A DNA stretch of 64,000 nt from an uncultured Gemmatimonadales bacterium (GTDB lineage Bacteria > Gemmatimonadota > Gemmatimonadetes > Longimicrobiales > Gaopeijiaceae): contig CAWGKG010000014.1 of assembly GCA_963823035.1 (NCBI GenBank), positions 544,001-608,000 on the forward strand, given 5' to 3'. The translations under genes and the position numbers were made by a program. Shown here in pieces: positions 8,732 through 18,968 of this stretch. Within the stretch, counting starts at the first letter, position 1, and each line of letters begins with the position of its first letter. Under the pieces are notes generated by a model. It made no database searches and had not been told where the DNA came from. It saw only the letters and a list, made by a program, of their open reading frames with translations.

Positions 8732-10837
8732 CTAGTGGACCGCCGCCGCTTCCTCCTCCTCTCGCTGCTGGGCGATCTTCTGCGCGATGTGGTCCGGCAC
8801 CGGGTCGTACCCGGCGACCTTGCGGTCGTGGTGCGCCCGCCCCTGCGTCATCGAGCGCAGGAAGGACGCGTACTTGTACAACTCTGATTCCGGCACCAAC
8901 GCCTTGATCACCGTCCGCCCGCCGGTGGGCTCCATCCCCAGGACCTTGCCTCGACGCGAAGTCAGGTCACCCATGATGTCGCCCACGTACTCGTCCGGCG
9001 TGGTGACCGCCACCTCGAGCACCGGCTCGAGAAGGATCGGCCGACACTTCGCGGCGACGATCTTGAACGCGTGGGAGCCGGCGAGCTTGAAGGCGATGTC
9101 CGAGGAGTCCACGGAGTGGTACGAGCCGTCGTAGCACTCGGCGGAGAAGTCGACGACCGGGTATCCGGCCACGATCCCCCGCTGCGCTGCCTCCTGGATG
9201 CCCCGGTCGACGGACGGGAGGTACTTGTTGGGGATCACGCCGCCCTTGATCGAGTCGACGAACTCATAGCCCCCGCCGCGCGGCTTCGGCGCGATGCGGA
9301 CCCAGCAGTCCCCGAACTGGCCGCGCCCGCCGGACTGCTTCTTGTGACGCCCCTGCCCCTCCCCGGTAGCGGTGATCGTCTCGCGGTAGGCGATCTTGGG
9401 TTGCTCGGTCTCGACGTTGACGCCGTACTTGCGAGCCATGCGCTCGAACTGCACGTCGAGGTGTACCTCGCCCACGCCGCGCGCGATCGTCTGGTGGAGC
9501 TCCCCGTTGAAGGCGGCCGAGAAGGTGGGGTCCTCCTCGTGCAGCTTCGGGATCACCTCGCCCAGCTTGTCCTCGTCGTTGCGTGACGCGCCGCGGATGG
9601 CGATCGCGATGTCGGCCTTGGGGAACGCGATCTGCCGAAGAGCGACCGGTCGCTCCAGGGTGCACAGGGTGTCGTTCGTGTGCGTGTGCTTGAGCTTGGC
9701 GACCACCCCGATGTCCCCCGCATGCAGCCTGGCCACCTCGACGCGCTCCTTCCCCTGCGGCACGCTCAGGTGGTTGAGCTTCTCGATGGCTCCGTCCGAA
9801 GCATTCACCACCTCCATCCCGTTGATGATCCGGCCGGAGAAGACGCGGAAGTAGGAGAGCTCGCCCACGTGAGGCTCGGCCGCGGTCTTGAAGACGAGCG
9901 CCGCGAGCGTCTCGTCGTCGGTGGCGTGGATCTCGATGTCCTGGTCGAGCCCCGGACGGTGCGCGGTCTCAGGGCGCGCTTCCGACGGTGCGGGACAGAG
10001 CTCGACGATCTTCCGGAGAAGCGCCCGCATCCCGTACGTCAGCGGCGCGGCGCCGCAGAAGACCGGGAAGACCTCACCGCGCGCCATGCCCCGGGCCATC
10101 GCTTCGATGGCCTCCTCGCGGGAGATGTGGCCACCCTCGAGGTAGGCCTCCAGGAGCTTCTCGTCGGTGGTGGCGAGGGACTCCTGCAGTTCCGTCTCCC
10201 AGCGTCCTTCCTTGTCCTTGTACTCGTCCGGGATGTCGGTCTCGTCGTACTCCCCGCTGACCGTACCCTGCTTGAAGAGGTGGGCCTTCTCGCTGAAGAG
10301 GTTGACGATGCCATGGAAGTCGGCGCCCTGACCGATCGGGATCTCGACCGGAAGGGCGCTCTCGCTCAGCCTCGACTTGATCTGCTGGTAGACGCTGTCG
10401 AAGTCGGCGTGCTCCTTGTCCATCATCGAGACGAAGAAGATCCGGGGTATCCCGCGCTCCTCGCAGTACTCCCAGACCCGCTCCGTCCCCACCTCGACGC
10501 CGGCCGTGGCGCTCACCACGATGATGGCGGCGTCCGCCACCCTCACGGCGGACAGTGCCTCCCCGGTGAAGTCAAGGTAACCGGGGGTATCCAACAGGTT
10601 GATCTTCGTGTCCTGGTGCTCGGCGAAGGTCGGAGTGAGCTGGATGCTGATTCCGTGCGCGTGCTCTTCTGGGGTGTGCATCGTGTGGGCGGTATCGTCG
10701 TCCACCTTGCCGTGGCGCTTGGACGTGCCCGACACGAAGCACAGAGATTCAATCAGGCTGGTCTTCCCCGAACTCCCATGGCCAAGGACCGCGACGTTAC
10801 GGATGCGGTCCGTGGCATACTCCTTGGCCGATGACAT
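8732..10837 (-). CDS. fusA: Elongation factor G paralog (EF-G2-like)
   Basis: GHGSSGKTS, LLDTPGYLDF, HKKQSGGRGQFG, DGSYHSVDSS; 701 aa; not in an rpsL/rpsG/tuf context. Confidence 0.9.
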   Translation of the reverse strand: MSSAKEYATDRIRNVAVLGHGSSGKTSLIESLCFVSGTSKRHGKVDDDTAHTMHTPEEHAHGISIQLTPTFAEHQDTKINLLDTPGYLDFTGEALSAVRVADAAIIVVSATAGVEVGTERVWEYCEERGIPRIFFVSMMDKEHADFDSVYQQIKSRLSESALPVEIPIGQGADFHGIVNLFSEKAHLFKQGTVSGEYDETDIPDEYKDKEGRWETELQESLATTDEKLLEAYLEGGHISREEAIEAMARGMARGEVFPVFCGAAPLTYGMRALLRKIVELCPAPSEARPETAHRPGLDQDIEIHATDDETLAALVFKTAAEPHVGELSYFRVFSGRIINGMEVVNASDGAIEKLNHLSVPQGKERVEVARLHAGDIGVVAKLKHTHTNDTLCTLERPVALRQIAFPKADIAIAIRGASRNDEDKLGEVIPKLHEEDPTFSAAFNGELHQTIARGVGEVHLDVQFERMARKYGVNVETEQPKIAYRETITATGEGQGRHKKQSGGRGQFGDCWVRIAPKPRGGGYEFVDSIKGGVIPNKYLPSVDRGIQEAAQRGIVAGYPVVDFSAECYDGSYHSVDSSDIAFKLAGSHAFKIVAAKCRPILLEPVLEVAVTTPDEYVGDIMGDLTSRRGKVLGMEPTGGRTVIKALVPESELYKYASFLRSMTQGRAHHDRKVAGYDPVPDHIAQKIAQQREEEEAAAVH

Positions 10838-10978
10838 GCCGTCCTCCTTCGATGCACCGAGGCCCGCCGCCGCCGGCTCACGGGCCGGCGGCGGAGGGCC
10901 CCGTTGGATTACCTGCTGGGCACCGGATCGTAGGCCGGGCCCGGAGGGGGCGCAAGCGGGAAAATCCCTACACCCGGG

Positions 10979-11820
10979 CTATCTCTTCGGGCGGAATGCG
11001 TTCCCCACCACATCGGCGGAGAACAGACCCGCCTGCCCCGTGCTGGCGTAGCGGTAGAGGGCCGCCGTGTAGATACCCTTGAGGGCCGAGGACACCAGCG
11101 CGAGGAGGACGAATCCGGCCACGCCGACCGCCACGGCAGCCGATCACGGCAGGGGGTGCGATCATGGCCGCCAGCCAGATCATCCCGCCGGTCACGATCG
11201 CCCAGGAAAGGGACATCAGGGCCACGGCCCATCCCATCCCGAAGTTGCCGACCACCTGCTCGCCCCACGTCTGCTTGAAGAGCTGCGCGCTCTCCTTCAC
11301 CGCGTCGATGGGCCCGACGTTCCGGGTCACCAGGACAGGGACCGCCAGGTAGGTCGCCAGCGTCCACCCCATCCCGACCAGCCCCACGACCATCTGGCCG
11401 ATGAAGCCCGTCCGCTCGGAGATGAAGCGGAGGACCATCCCGACCGTCGCGGCTATAGCCGCGTAGCCGAGGATCGACGCGCATCCGGCTGGCCGCGATC
11501 GACAGGCCGTCCGAGAGAGTCGGGTCGCCGCCGTCCAGGCGAATGAGCGCGGCCCCCACGAGGGCGGAGTTGAAGAAGAAGATCACGGTGTACAGGACGA
11601 GGTAGAAGAGGAAGCCCAGCACGTATCCGAGATACGACCCGCCTCCCTCCGCGAAGACCTGCCATCCCCCCGAGACCACGAACGGAACGGCGAAGCTCGC
11701 GACGACCAGGAGCGTTGCGATCCCGGACATGAGCGGGAACACCATGAGCTCCTTGTCCATCTTGAGCACGCCCGCGCTGGCCTTCACGAGCGCCCAGCTG
11801 TTCGAGAAGCTCCCTGCCAT
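10979..11820 (-). CDS. DUF6159-like membrane protein, two frameshifts
   Basis: MAGSFSNSWALVKASAGVLKMDKELMVFP..., WTLATYLAVPVLV...GPIDAVKESAQLFKQTWGE; pieces lie in three frames. Confidence 0.7.
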
Positions 11821-11912
11821 CGGATCCCTCCGTGTCGGAGTGGGCGGCCCGCTTCGCGGGGCCTGTTCACGTGGTAGGTACGAGGATGCCCCGCCGGATC
11901 TTCGCCGATTCC

Positions 11913-14183
11913 CTAGCGCCCGATCCGGTCCGCCTCCGCTTCCGTGGCCGCCAACCGGCCGGTCTTCAACTCGAGGACGAGGCGATCGAGGTCGTACACC
12001 ACGTCGAGCGCCGCGAGCACGCCGCGCACGTCCACCGCGACGGCGCGGTTGGTCTCGGGGAGATAGATGTAGTCGCCCGGGAGGCTCTCGATGTTGCCGT
12101 CGAAGACGACGCCCACGATCTCCAGGTCCTTGTCGAGCACGGGAGACCCGGAGTTGCCACCGATGATGTCGGCCGTGGACACGAAGTCCAGCGGCGTGGA
12201 GAGGTCGAGCCCCTTCGGAACGGGTGCCCAGCGGGAGGGGAGCGCCCACTCCTCGCGGTTCTGGAAGGAGGCGTGCCGGTCGTACATCCCGAACAGCGTC
12301 GTATGCCAGGGCGCGATCGTGCCGTTGTAGTCGTAGCCCTTCACCTCCCCGTCCGCGATGCGCAGCGAGAAGGTGGCGTCCGGCGGCACGTCCGTGCCGT
12401 AGACCTCGAAGCGCGCCCGTCCGAGCTGGGCGCTGATCTCCTCTTCCTGTGGGAACACGCCCGAGACCATCTGCTGGAACTGGATGAACTGGGGCAGATA
12501 CCCGCGCACCACCTGGAGCGCCGGATCCGTGAGCTGGACCCGGTCGTTCTCCAACGCAACGATGGCGCCGGCGGAGTCGGCGAGCACGCTGTTCTCGTGC
12601 ACGACGGTGGCCATCCCCTCGGGGGAGCGGCCCTGGAGGATGTTCTGCACGAACTGCGCATCCTCCCCGTAGTAGTCGATGAAGTCGCGGAAGCGCGCCG
12701 CCATGAGCCCCTCGTCCAGCTCGGCCGGCTGGTCCGGGACCCGCTTCAGCTCGGCCATCAGCGTGTCGAGCTGGTCCTGAGGGCCGCCGCCCCGCTTCAC
12801 GTTCATGACCTGGAACGCCACGAGCGCGCGGTAGAGCGTGGCCGACGCCATCTGGTCGCTCGTGAGCGCCAGGAAGGCTCCGAAGCCCTCCTTCTGCTGG
12901 CGCTTCTGGTCCTGGAGGCCGGCCATCTTCTCGATCAGGCCCCCGAAGCGCGCCGTCAGCGACGAATCCGCCTGGATGGCCTTGCGGAAGCGCTCCTGCG
13001 TGTCCTTGCGCCGGGCGATGATGACCGGGTCCTCGAGGCCGCGGATCTGCCCCGCGTACGCCTTCTCGGAGTTGCTCAGCCCGAAGTACTGGTTCTCGAG
13101 ATCCCGCGCCTTCGCGACGTCCGGATGGCTCTCCATGTAGTCCTTCAGCACCGACATACGGGAGCGTAGCAGCTCGAGGACGGAGCGGTCGCTCACGTCG
13201 CGGCGGAACTCGAGCTCGGCCACGGTCTGAAGGCGGCTCGTGGAGCCCGGGTTACCCACGATGAAGACGGGGTCGCCCTGGTGCAGACCGTCGGGGTCGA
13301 CCTTGAAGTAGTGGTCCGTCTTCAGCGGGTTGCCCTGGTCGTCGTAGATGCGGAAGAAGGAGAAGTCGAGGTTGTAGCGCGGGTAGGTGAAGTTGTCGGG
13401 ATCGCCCCCGAAGAACCCGATCTGCACCTCCGGCGCCATGACGAGCTTCGCGTTCTCGTAACGGCGGAAGACGTACGCCGAGGTCCGCCCGCCGTTGTAC
13501 AGCGACACCATCTCGACGACGATCCCGGCGTCCTCGCCGCCGCGCTCCCCGGTGAGGCGGTCCTCGATCTCCTTGAGGACGTCCTCGCGGGCGTCGGCGC
13601 GCTCGTCCATCGAGACCGTGTCGAGCTGCTGGTTCACCTCGTCCGTCACGTCCACGATGTCCACCAGTTGGTCGGCGTGGAAATCCTCCACCGCCCGCTC
13701 GTCCGCGAGGTTCTTCGCGTAGAAGCCGTCGGCCAGGAGGTCCTCCCCGTCCTTCTGCACCTGCGTGACGAACTCACGGGCGCAGTGGTGGTTGGTCATC
13801 ACGAGTCCGTTCGGCGATACGAACGACGCCGAGCAGCTCGGGATGCGCAGCGCCCCGAGGCGCGCCTTGGCGAACCACGCGGAGTCGGGATTGAAGTGGT
13901 ACGTGCGCGCGAAGTACTCGGTGGGCGGGAACTCGAACGTCCACATCTTCCCCTGGTCGAACTCGCCGGCGTGCACCGTGTCCAGGTCCACGCCGAAGAG
14001 CTCCGGCTCCACCCTCTGCCCGGGCGCCGAGTCCGTGCGCACGAGGGGGATGTCCGCCGAGGGCCGAGCCGGCGGCTGCGTCGGGGTCGGCGTGGGGGCC
14101 TCGGTGGCCGGCGGTCCTCCGCAGGCCGTGAGCAGCGTCGCAAGTGCGAACGTCCAGACGTGGCTTCGCGACGGTTCGAGCAT
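11913..14183 (-). CDS. S46 family dipeptidyl peptidase (lipoprotein)
   Basis: Lipobox LLTAC; MTNHHC, GNPGST and catalytic GGNSGSPV. Confidence 0.92.
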   Translation of the reverse strand: MLEPSRSHVWTFALATLLTACGGPPATEAPTPTPTQPPARPSADIPLVRTDSAPGQRVEPELFGVDLDTVHAGEFDQGKMWTFEFPPTEYFARTYHFNPDSAWFAKARLGALRIPSCSASFVSPNGLVMTNHHCAREFVTQVQKDGEDLLADGFYAKNLADERAVEDFHADQLVDIVDVTDEVNQQLDTVSMDERADAREDVLKEIEDRLTGERGGEDAGIVVEMVSLYNGGRTSAYVFRRYENAKLVMAPEVQIGFFGGDPDNFTYPRYNLDFSFFRIYDDQGNPLKTDHYFKVDPDGLHQGDPVFIVGNPGSTSRLQTVAELEFRRDVSDRSVLELLRSRMSVLKDYMESHPDVAKARDLENQYFGLSNSEKAYAGQIRGLEDPVIIARRKDTQERFRKAIQADSSLTARFGGLIEKMAGLQDQKRQQKEGFGAFLALTSDQMASATLYRALVAFQVMNVKRGGGPQDQLDTLMAELKRVPDQPAELDEGLMAARFRDFIDYYGEDAQFVQNILQGRSPEGMATVVHENSVLADSAGAIVALENDRVQLTDPALQVVRGYLPQFIQFQQMVSGVFPQEEEISAQLGRARFEVYGTDVPPDATFSLRIADGEVKGYDYNGTIAPWHTTLFGMYDRHASFQNREEWALPSRWAPVPKGLDLSTPLDFVSTADIIGGNSGSPVLDKDLEIVGVVFDGNIESLPGDYIYLPETNRAVAVDVRGVLAALDVVYDLDRLVLELKTGRLAATEAEADRIGR

Positions 14184-14329
14184 GGTACCTCTCAGGGGTG
14201 GTGGTACGCCCGTGGCGGGCGGGTTGTCGGGTCAGGGAAGATCGCCGGATGAACCGCCCTTTTCCAACCCCGGAGGGCACGGGGTGGGTCCTCCCCCGGA
14301 GAGTCCCGCTCCCCGGGGGAGGCGCTCCC

Positions 14330-15425
14330 TCACCTGGACGGCGGAAGGACGTGGCAATCCGCGCAGTTCCGCCCCGCCATGTGGTCCACCAGGTCCTGGT
14401 GGCACACCAGGCAGAGCTCTCTCGTGCGCGGGGCGTTGCGGATGCCCTCGGGCACCGGATCGTGGCAACCGGTGCCGCCGCATCCGAAGTGGGCGTTGCG
14501 GTCGTGCGCGCCCGGGGCCGGCGCCTCGTGGCAGGTCATGCAGTTTGCGGTCGGCTCGTGATGCTCCAGGTGGCAGCCGGAGCAGTCGGCGCCCTGCGCC
14601 GTCTCGAGGTCGATCCCACCCGTGTGGCAGATCGAGCATCCGGTGTGCTGCCAGTGGTCGGCGTGGTGGAAGACCACCGTCCGCAGCGGGCGGTCGAGAG
14701 ATCCGATCGTGATCTCCAGCGGCTTCGTCACGGCGAACGACGTCTCCCGCACCTCCTCCACGTCGTGGCAGCTCGTGCACCGGCTCGCGAGCGGAGCGGC
14801 GTGGTGGCACGAGCGGCAGTCCTCGCGCTCGCGGATCAGGACGCTGCCATGCCGCGCCTGCTCTCCGTGGCACGTCCCGCACGCCACCGAGTCGTGGTCC
14901 TCGTGCGCGAAGTCGAGCTCGGCCGGCAGGCGGCGGGGGCCCTCCTCCCCCGCCCAGGTCACCGCCGCGCCACCCGTCGGCGTGGCAGGTCGTGCACGCC
15001 CCCGCCCCTCCGTCGGCGCGGAACTCGTGGGGCTCGTGACAGGCGGTGCACTGCGCCAGGACCGGGGCGGAGAGCGTGCGGTGGAAGGGGCTCGCCGACT
15101 CGGGGCGGCCGTGGCATCCTCCGCCGGAGCACGCACGCACCGTCTGCGCCGGCACGTTGCTCTCCCACATGTCGTGGCAGACCGCGCACACCGCCTCGTG
15201 CGGCTCGTCGCTCGGAACCGGCTCCGCCAGGCAGTCCTCGGCTCGCCGCGTCAGGCAGCGGCGATCTCCCACCCGCACGGTGTCCTGTCGGGCGGCCGGG
15301 ACCTGCTGGGTTGCTTCGGCGTAGGCGCCGGCGTGTCCTTCAGTTGCGTGCTCGAAGGTGAAGGTCAGCACCACGGCCGCCGCTATCCCGAGCGTCCAGA
15401 CAGGGTCAGGCGTGTGCGGGAACAT
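14330..15425 (-). CDS. Multiheme cytochrome c (11 CxxCH + 2 Cx4CH), one frameshift near 14978
   Basis: N-half in ORF 14232..15497 (from MFPHTPD), C-half in ORF 14330..15136; cytochrome c3-like FAHEDH / FHHADH distal-His motifs. Confidence 0.82.
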
Positions 15426-16650
15426 GGATCGGCTCCTGGTGCAGGTCCGCCGGCCGGGCGGGGGTGCAGGACGGCGACGCGGGGTCCGCGGGCACACCGC
15501 GGAGGATGGGGAACCGCTTCACGAGGATGACGTAGCCGAGGATCTCCGCGGACACGAGGCCGATCGTCACGGCGAACTCGGGGATCGCGGGGAAGTACGA
15601 CCACTCGTCCCCGGGGTTGAAGGCGAAGAGGTAGGTCGAGAACCGGTAGAGCGCGCCGGTCAGCACGACGGTGAGCGCCATCGCGGACAGCCAGCGCGGC
15701 CCGGCGTTGCGACTGCGGAACAGCAGGCCGAGCGCCGCGAGGAGGAACAGCGCCCATCTCCGCGAGGAAGAGGATGCTGTAGCCGTCCATGCGCGTGATC
15801 GCCTCGAGCTGCCCGCGGTGCAGCACGTCCCAGGTGCGCAGCGCGAGGTAGACGAAGATCACCCCGGCGATCGGCCGGGCGAGTCCGCGCAACATCGGCG
15901 CCTCGGAGGGCCGCTTGAAGACCCTGGAGGAGATGCAGCACTCGAGCGTGACGACGCCGTAGCCCATCGCGATGCAGGAGACCAGGAACATCAGCGGCAT
16001 CCAGGGCGAGTACCACAGCGAATGCAGCTTGGGGCCGGCCAGCATCATCAGGCTACCGAGCGACGACTGGTGCATCGTCGGGAGCAGCAGGCCGACCGCG
16101 ATGCAGTACGGCATCGCCTTCTCGATCTTCGGTGAGAGCGTCAGGGCGAGCCTACGCAGCCCGGCGACCTCGCTCTCCTTCCACCGCTCCAGGAACACGG
16201 GCGACACCTCGATCCACAGGACCGCGGTGTAGAGCATGATGCACAGCGCAACCTCGAGCAGGATCGAGTTGAAGTTCCACTCCCAGAAGAATAGCGGGAT
16301 CTTGTAGAAGTTCCACGCGCGCCCGATGTCGATCAGCACGCTCACACCGCCCAGCGTGTAGCCGAACGCGCTGGTCACCAGGGCCGCGCGTACCAGCGGG
16401 TGGTACCGGCCGCGGTTGGCCACGTAGACCAGGAGCGCCATCGCATAGCCGCCGCAGGCGAGCGCGGTGCCCGTCACGACGTCGAAGGCGATCCAGATGC
16501 CCATCGGATAGCCGTCGTTCAGGTTCGTGGTCGCGCCCAGCCCCGCGCCGAAGCGCCAGATCACGGCCGCGACCCCGACCAGCGACCAGGACCGCCATGA
16601 TCACGGTGGGGACGGTGAAGAGGCTGCCGCCCACCGGCTCCGACTTCTCG
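15406..16650 (-). CDS. hybB: HybB/NrfD-family (HmcC-like) membrane subunit, apparently fused to the upstream HybA domain; frameshifts near 16587 and 15755
   Basis: GLGATTNLNDGYPMGIWIAFDVVTGTALACGGY...YHPLVRAAL, LLPTMHQSSLGSL, YFPAIPEF motifs typical of HybB. Confidence 0.85.
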
Positions 16651-17526
16651 GTGTGGTGCTGCGCGGCCTCCTCCGCGTGGAGCTTGTGCGCGTTGCGGCG
16701 CACGACCGCCGCGAGTGTGGCCAGGAGGGCCAGCGGCGCGGCGAAGCCGCGATAGAGCGTGTGCTGGATGGTCTCCGGCATCTCGACCACGGACTCGTCG
16801 CCGAGCCCCGTCGGGAAGTGGAGGTCCGCGGTGAAGGAGACGCCCGCTTCGGCCAGATAGAGGACGCCGGTACCGCCACCGTCGTGCTCCCCGTAGACCT
16901 TCGGGTTGTAGAAGATCGGCTTGGCGTCGATGCGCCGGTGCGCCTCGGCCAGCATCTCCGTGCGCGACCCGTAGGTCAGCGCGCCGCGACGGCACTGCTC
17001 CACGCAGGCCGGCGCCAGCCCCTGGGCCCGGCGCTCGGGGCACATCTGGCACTTCTGCAGCGAGGGAACCGGCGTGTCCCACTCGAAGCGCGGGGTGTTG
17101 AAGGGGCAGGCGATCTCGCAGTAGCGGCACCCGACGCACAGGTCGCCGTTCCAGACCACGGCGCCGTCCTCGTCCTTGTGCATCGCGCCGAGCATGCAGG
17201 CGCTCACGCAGGCCGGCTCGACGCAGTGCATGCACTGCACCTTCCGGAAGATGTCCTCTCCGTCGTGCTCGTAGCGACGCACCACGGTGAGCGACGCGAA
17301 CGTGAGCTTCGGGATCGTCGGAGAGCGCGAGCTCCGGGTCCCAGCCGTTCTCCTCCGCGCAACCGACGGCGCACTGCCTGCAGCCGATGCAGCGCGTCGC
17401 GTCGTAGAGGATCGCCTTGTCCTCGGGGCTCGCCGCCCGCGCGCCCGCGCGCAGCTTCTTGGGCAGCTGCGCCGCCGCGCCGGCTGTCGCCAGGGCCTGT
17501 AGGGCCGTCCTTCTGCTGATCGTCAT
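16651..17526 (-). CDS. hybA: HybA-like (HmcB-like) Tat-exported 4x[4Fe-4S] subunit, frameshift near 17310
   Basis: MTISRRTAL Tat motif; CIGCRQCAVGC, CMHCVEPACVSAC, CVGCRYCEIACPF, KCQMC...PACVEQC; YGEHDGGGT; C-terminal TM after IQHTLY. Confidence 0.88.
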
Positions 17527-17602
17527 CGTTGTCGAGTCCCGCGATCTATGTGGAAACGCCCTTCCCGCCCGCTCCGTCGCGGACGTCAGCCTCGCCGCAC
17601 GC

Positions 17603-17824
17603 CTAGCGGCGGAAGTGCCACTCGTGCGCGAGCCACGCGCGATACCGCGGCGGGACGAACAGCGCGAGGAGCGCCATCGCCACGACCGCGGCCACCAGGA
17701 GGGGGACCAGGAAGGCCCGCACGACGAGGACACTTACGGCTGCCAGAGGCACGCTGAGCACGACGAGTGCGAGCGCGCGACCCCAACCGACCGACTCCCC
17801 GGATCCTTCGACTGCCGCTTTCAT
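17603..17824 (-). CDS. Small two-TM hypothetical protein (73 aa) leading the hybAB-like operon
   Basis: GGAGGA RBS before ATG 17824; two hydrophobic helices. Confidence 0.65.
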   Translation of the reverse strand: MKAAVEGSGESVGWGRALALVVLSVPLAAVSVLVVRAFLVPLLVAAVVAMALLALFVPPRYRAWLAHEWHFRR

Positions 17825-17870
17825 CGTTCCTCCGGAATGGCACGGGTTCATCTTGCCTGCACCCTTATCG

Positions 17871-17886
17871 AGCAAGAGCCACACCA
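17871..17886 (-). promoter_or_regulatory. Putative sigma54 -24/-12 promoter
   Basis: Minus strand TGGTGT-GGCTC-TTGCT, GG-N10-GC, 47 bp upstream of ATG 17824. Confidence 0.65.
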
Positions 17887-17984
17887 CCCGGGAGAGGGCT
17901 GGCACAGGAACGCGTAAGCCGATACAGCACAGCGCTTTATGGGTACCTTGAAGCTTGGTTGGACCGGGAGGAATCCCCCGGACG

Positions 17985-18023
17985 TGTAGAGATCTTCAAC
18001 AGGTGGCGTTGAGATCGTCAGCG
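17985..18023. promoter_or_regulatory. Tandem palindromic sites, candidate enhancer (UAS)
   Basis: TGTAGAGATCTTCAACA (17985-18001) and CGTTGAGATCGTCAGCG (18007-18023), 22 bp apart, ~100-140 bp upstream of the -24 element. Confidence 0.55.
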
Positions 18024-18063
18024 ATGGAGGGGATGTGGCGTGGCGTACGTCGCCGGTCGCCGC

Positions 18064-18797
18064 TCAGTGCACGAAGCGCGCGACCAGCTCCAGGTAGCCC
18101 GTCGGACCGAGGAGCTGGCGCAGGTCGGTGAGCTGCTGGCCCATGCCCAGCCAGCCGATCTCCCCCGCGCCGAGGTCGCAGAACAAGCGCATGGCCACGG
18201 CACGGCGGAAGCGCGTGAGGTCCAACCGCGTCCGCTCGCGGGCGGTGCCCGACGTGCCGAGGCGGCGAAGCTGGAGGGGGCCCACACCGGTCATCTCCGC
18301 GATCCAGCCGGTCCCGTACGGGTCGCGCGCGATCTCCTCGGGCCGGTCCATCACGACCGGGTTGATGCGGACCACGTGCCCGCCCACGGGCGCGCCCAGG
18401 CCGAGCAGCCCGAGTCCCACGTCGGCGTCGAAGAGCAGGTCGCCGCGTTCCAGCATGCGGCCCATCTTCCCCGTGCGTATGCCCTTGACGGCGCCCATGA
18501 CGGAGACCGCGAAGGCGTCGAGGCCGATCCGGCAACGCGCGGCGTCCTCCCCCCCACCGTGTGCACCCAGAGATGTCCGGTCGCGTAGTGGCGATCCGCA
18601 GGCACGGCCGTGGCGGCCTCGACGGCTCCTGCGAAGTGGTGCGGGCACGGCCGCAGCGTGGGCGCCCCCTGGAGGGCGGCGTCCAGGGGACAGGTCTCAC
18701 ACTCGTAGGCGCGATCGCAGAGCCGGTAGCTCAGCAGCCCCGCGCTCATCCACACACAAGGGCGGGCGTCGGAGGTGGCGAGAACCTGCGAGGACAT
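18064..18797 (-). CDS. GcvH-like protein with an N-terminal Cys-rich motif and no lipoyl lysine; frameshift in the homopolymer near 18552
   Basis: CVWMSAGLLSYRLCDRAYECETCPLD, then HYATGHLWV...RIGLDAFA...APVGGHVVRINP...DPYGTGW (H-protein fold motifs). Confidence 0.75.
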
Positions 18798-18875
18798 CGG
18801 CGTTGTTCCCCCGGAACGGGGCGACTCGGCGGGCCGCCGTCGGCATCTGCCGCTGCGCCCACCAGCGACTTTCCC

Positions 18876-18891
18876 TGCAAGGGAGATACCA
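18876..18891 (-). promoter_or_regulatory. Putative sigma54 -24/-12 promoter
   Basis: Minus strand TGGTAT-CTCCC-TTGCA, GG-N10-GC, ~80 bp upstream of ATG 18797. Confidence 0.7.
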
Positions 18892-18968
18892 GGACCCCAG
18901 GAGCGCCTGTCGCGCCTGTGCGCGTGCACCTTCGGCGTCCAACCGGCCGTGACAGGGGGCCTGGCGCC

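Noticed and set aside
15406..17526. Hydrogenase-2 operon
   Set aside because: No small or large [NiFe] subunit or maturation genes in the window; only HybA/HybB-like parts.
17838..17857. Plus-strand TGGCAC...TTGC as a sigma54 promoter
   Set aside because: The spacing is not GG-N10-GC and it points away from the adjacent genes.
18064..18797. Functional glycine cleavage system
   Set aside because: No lipoyl lysine and no gcvT, gcvP or lpd nearby.
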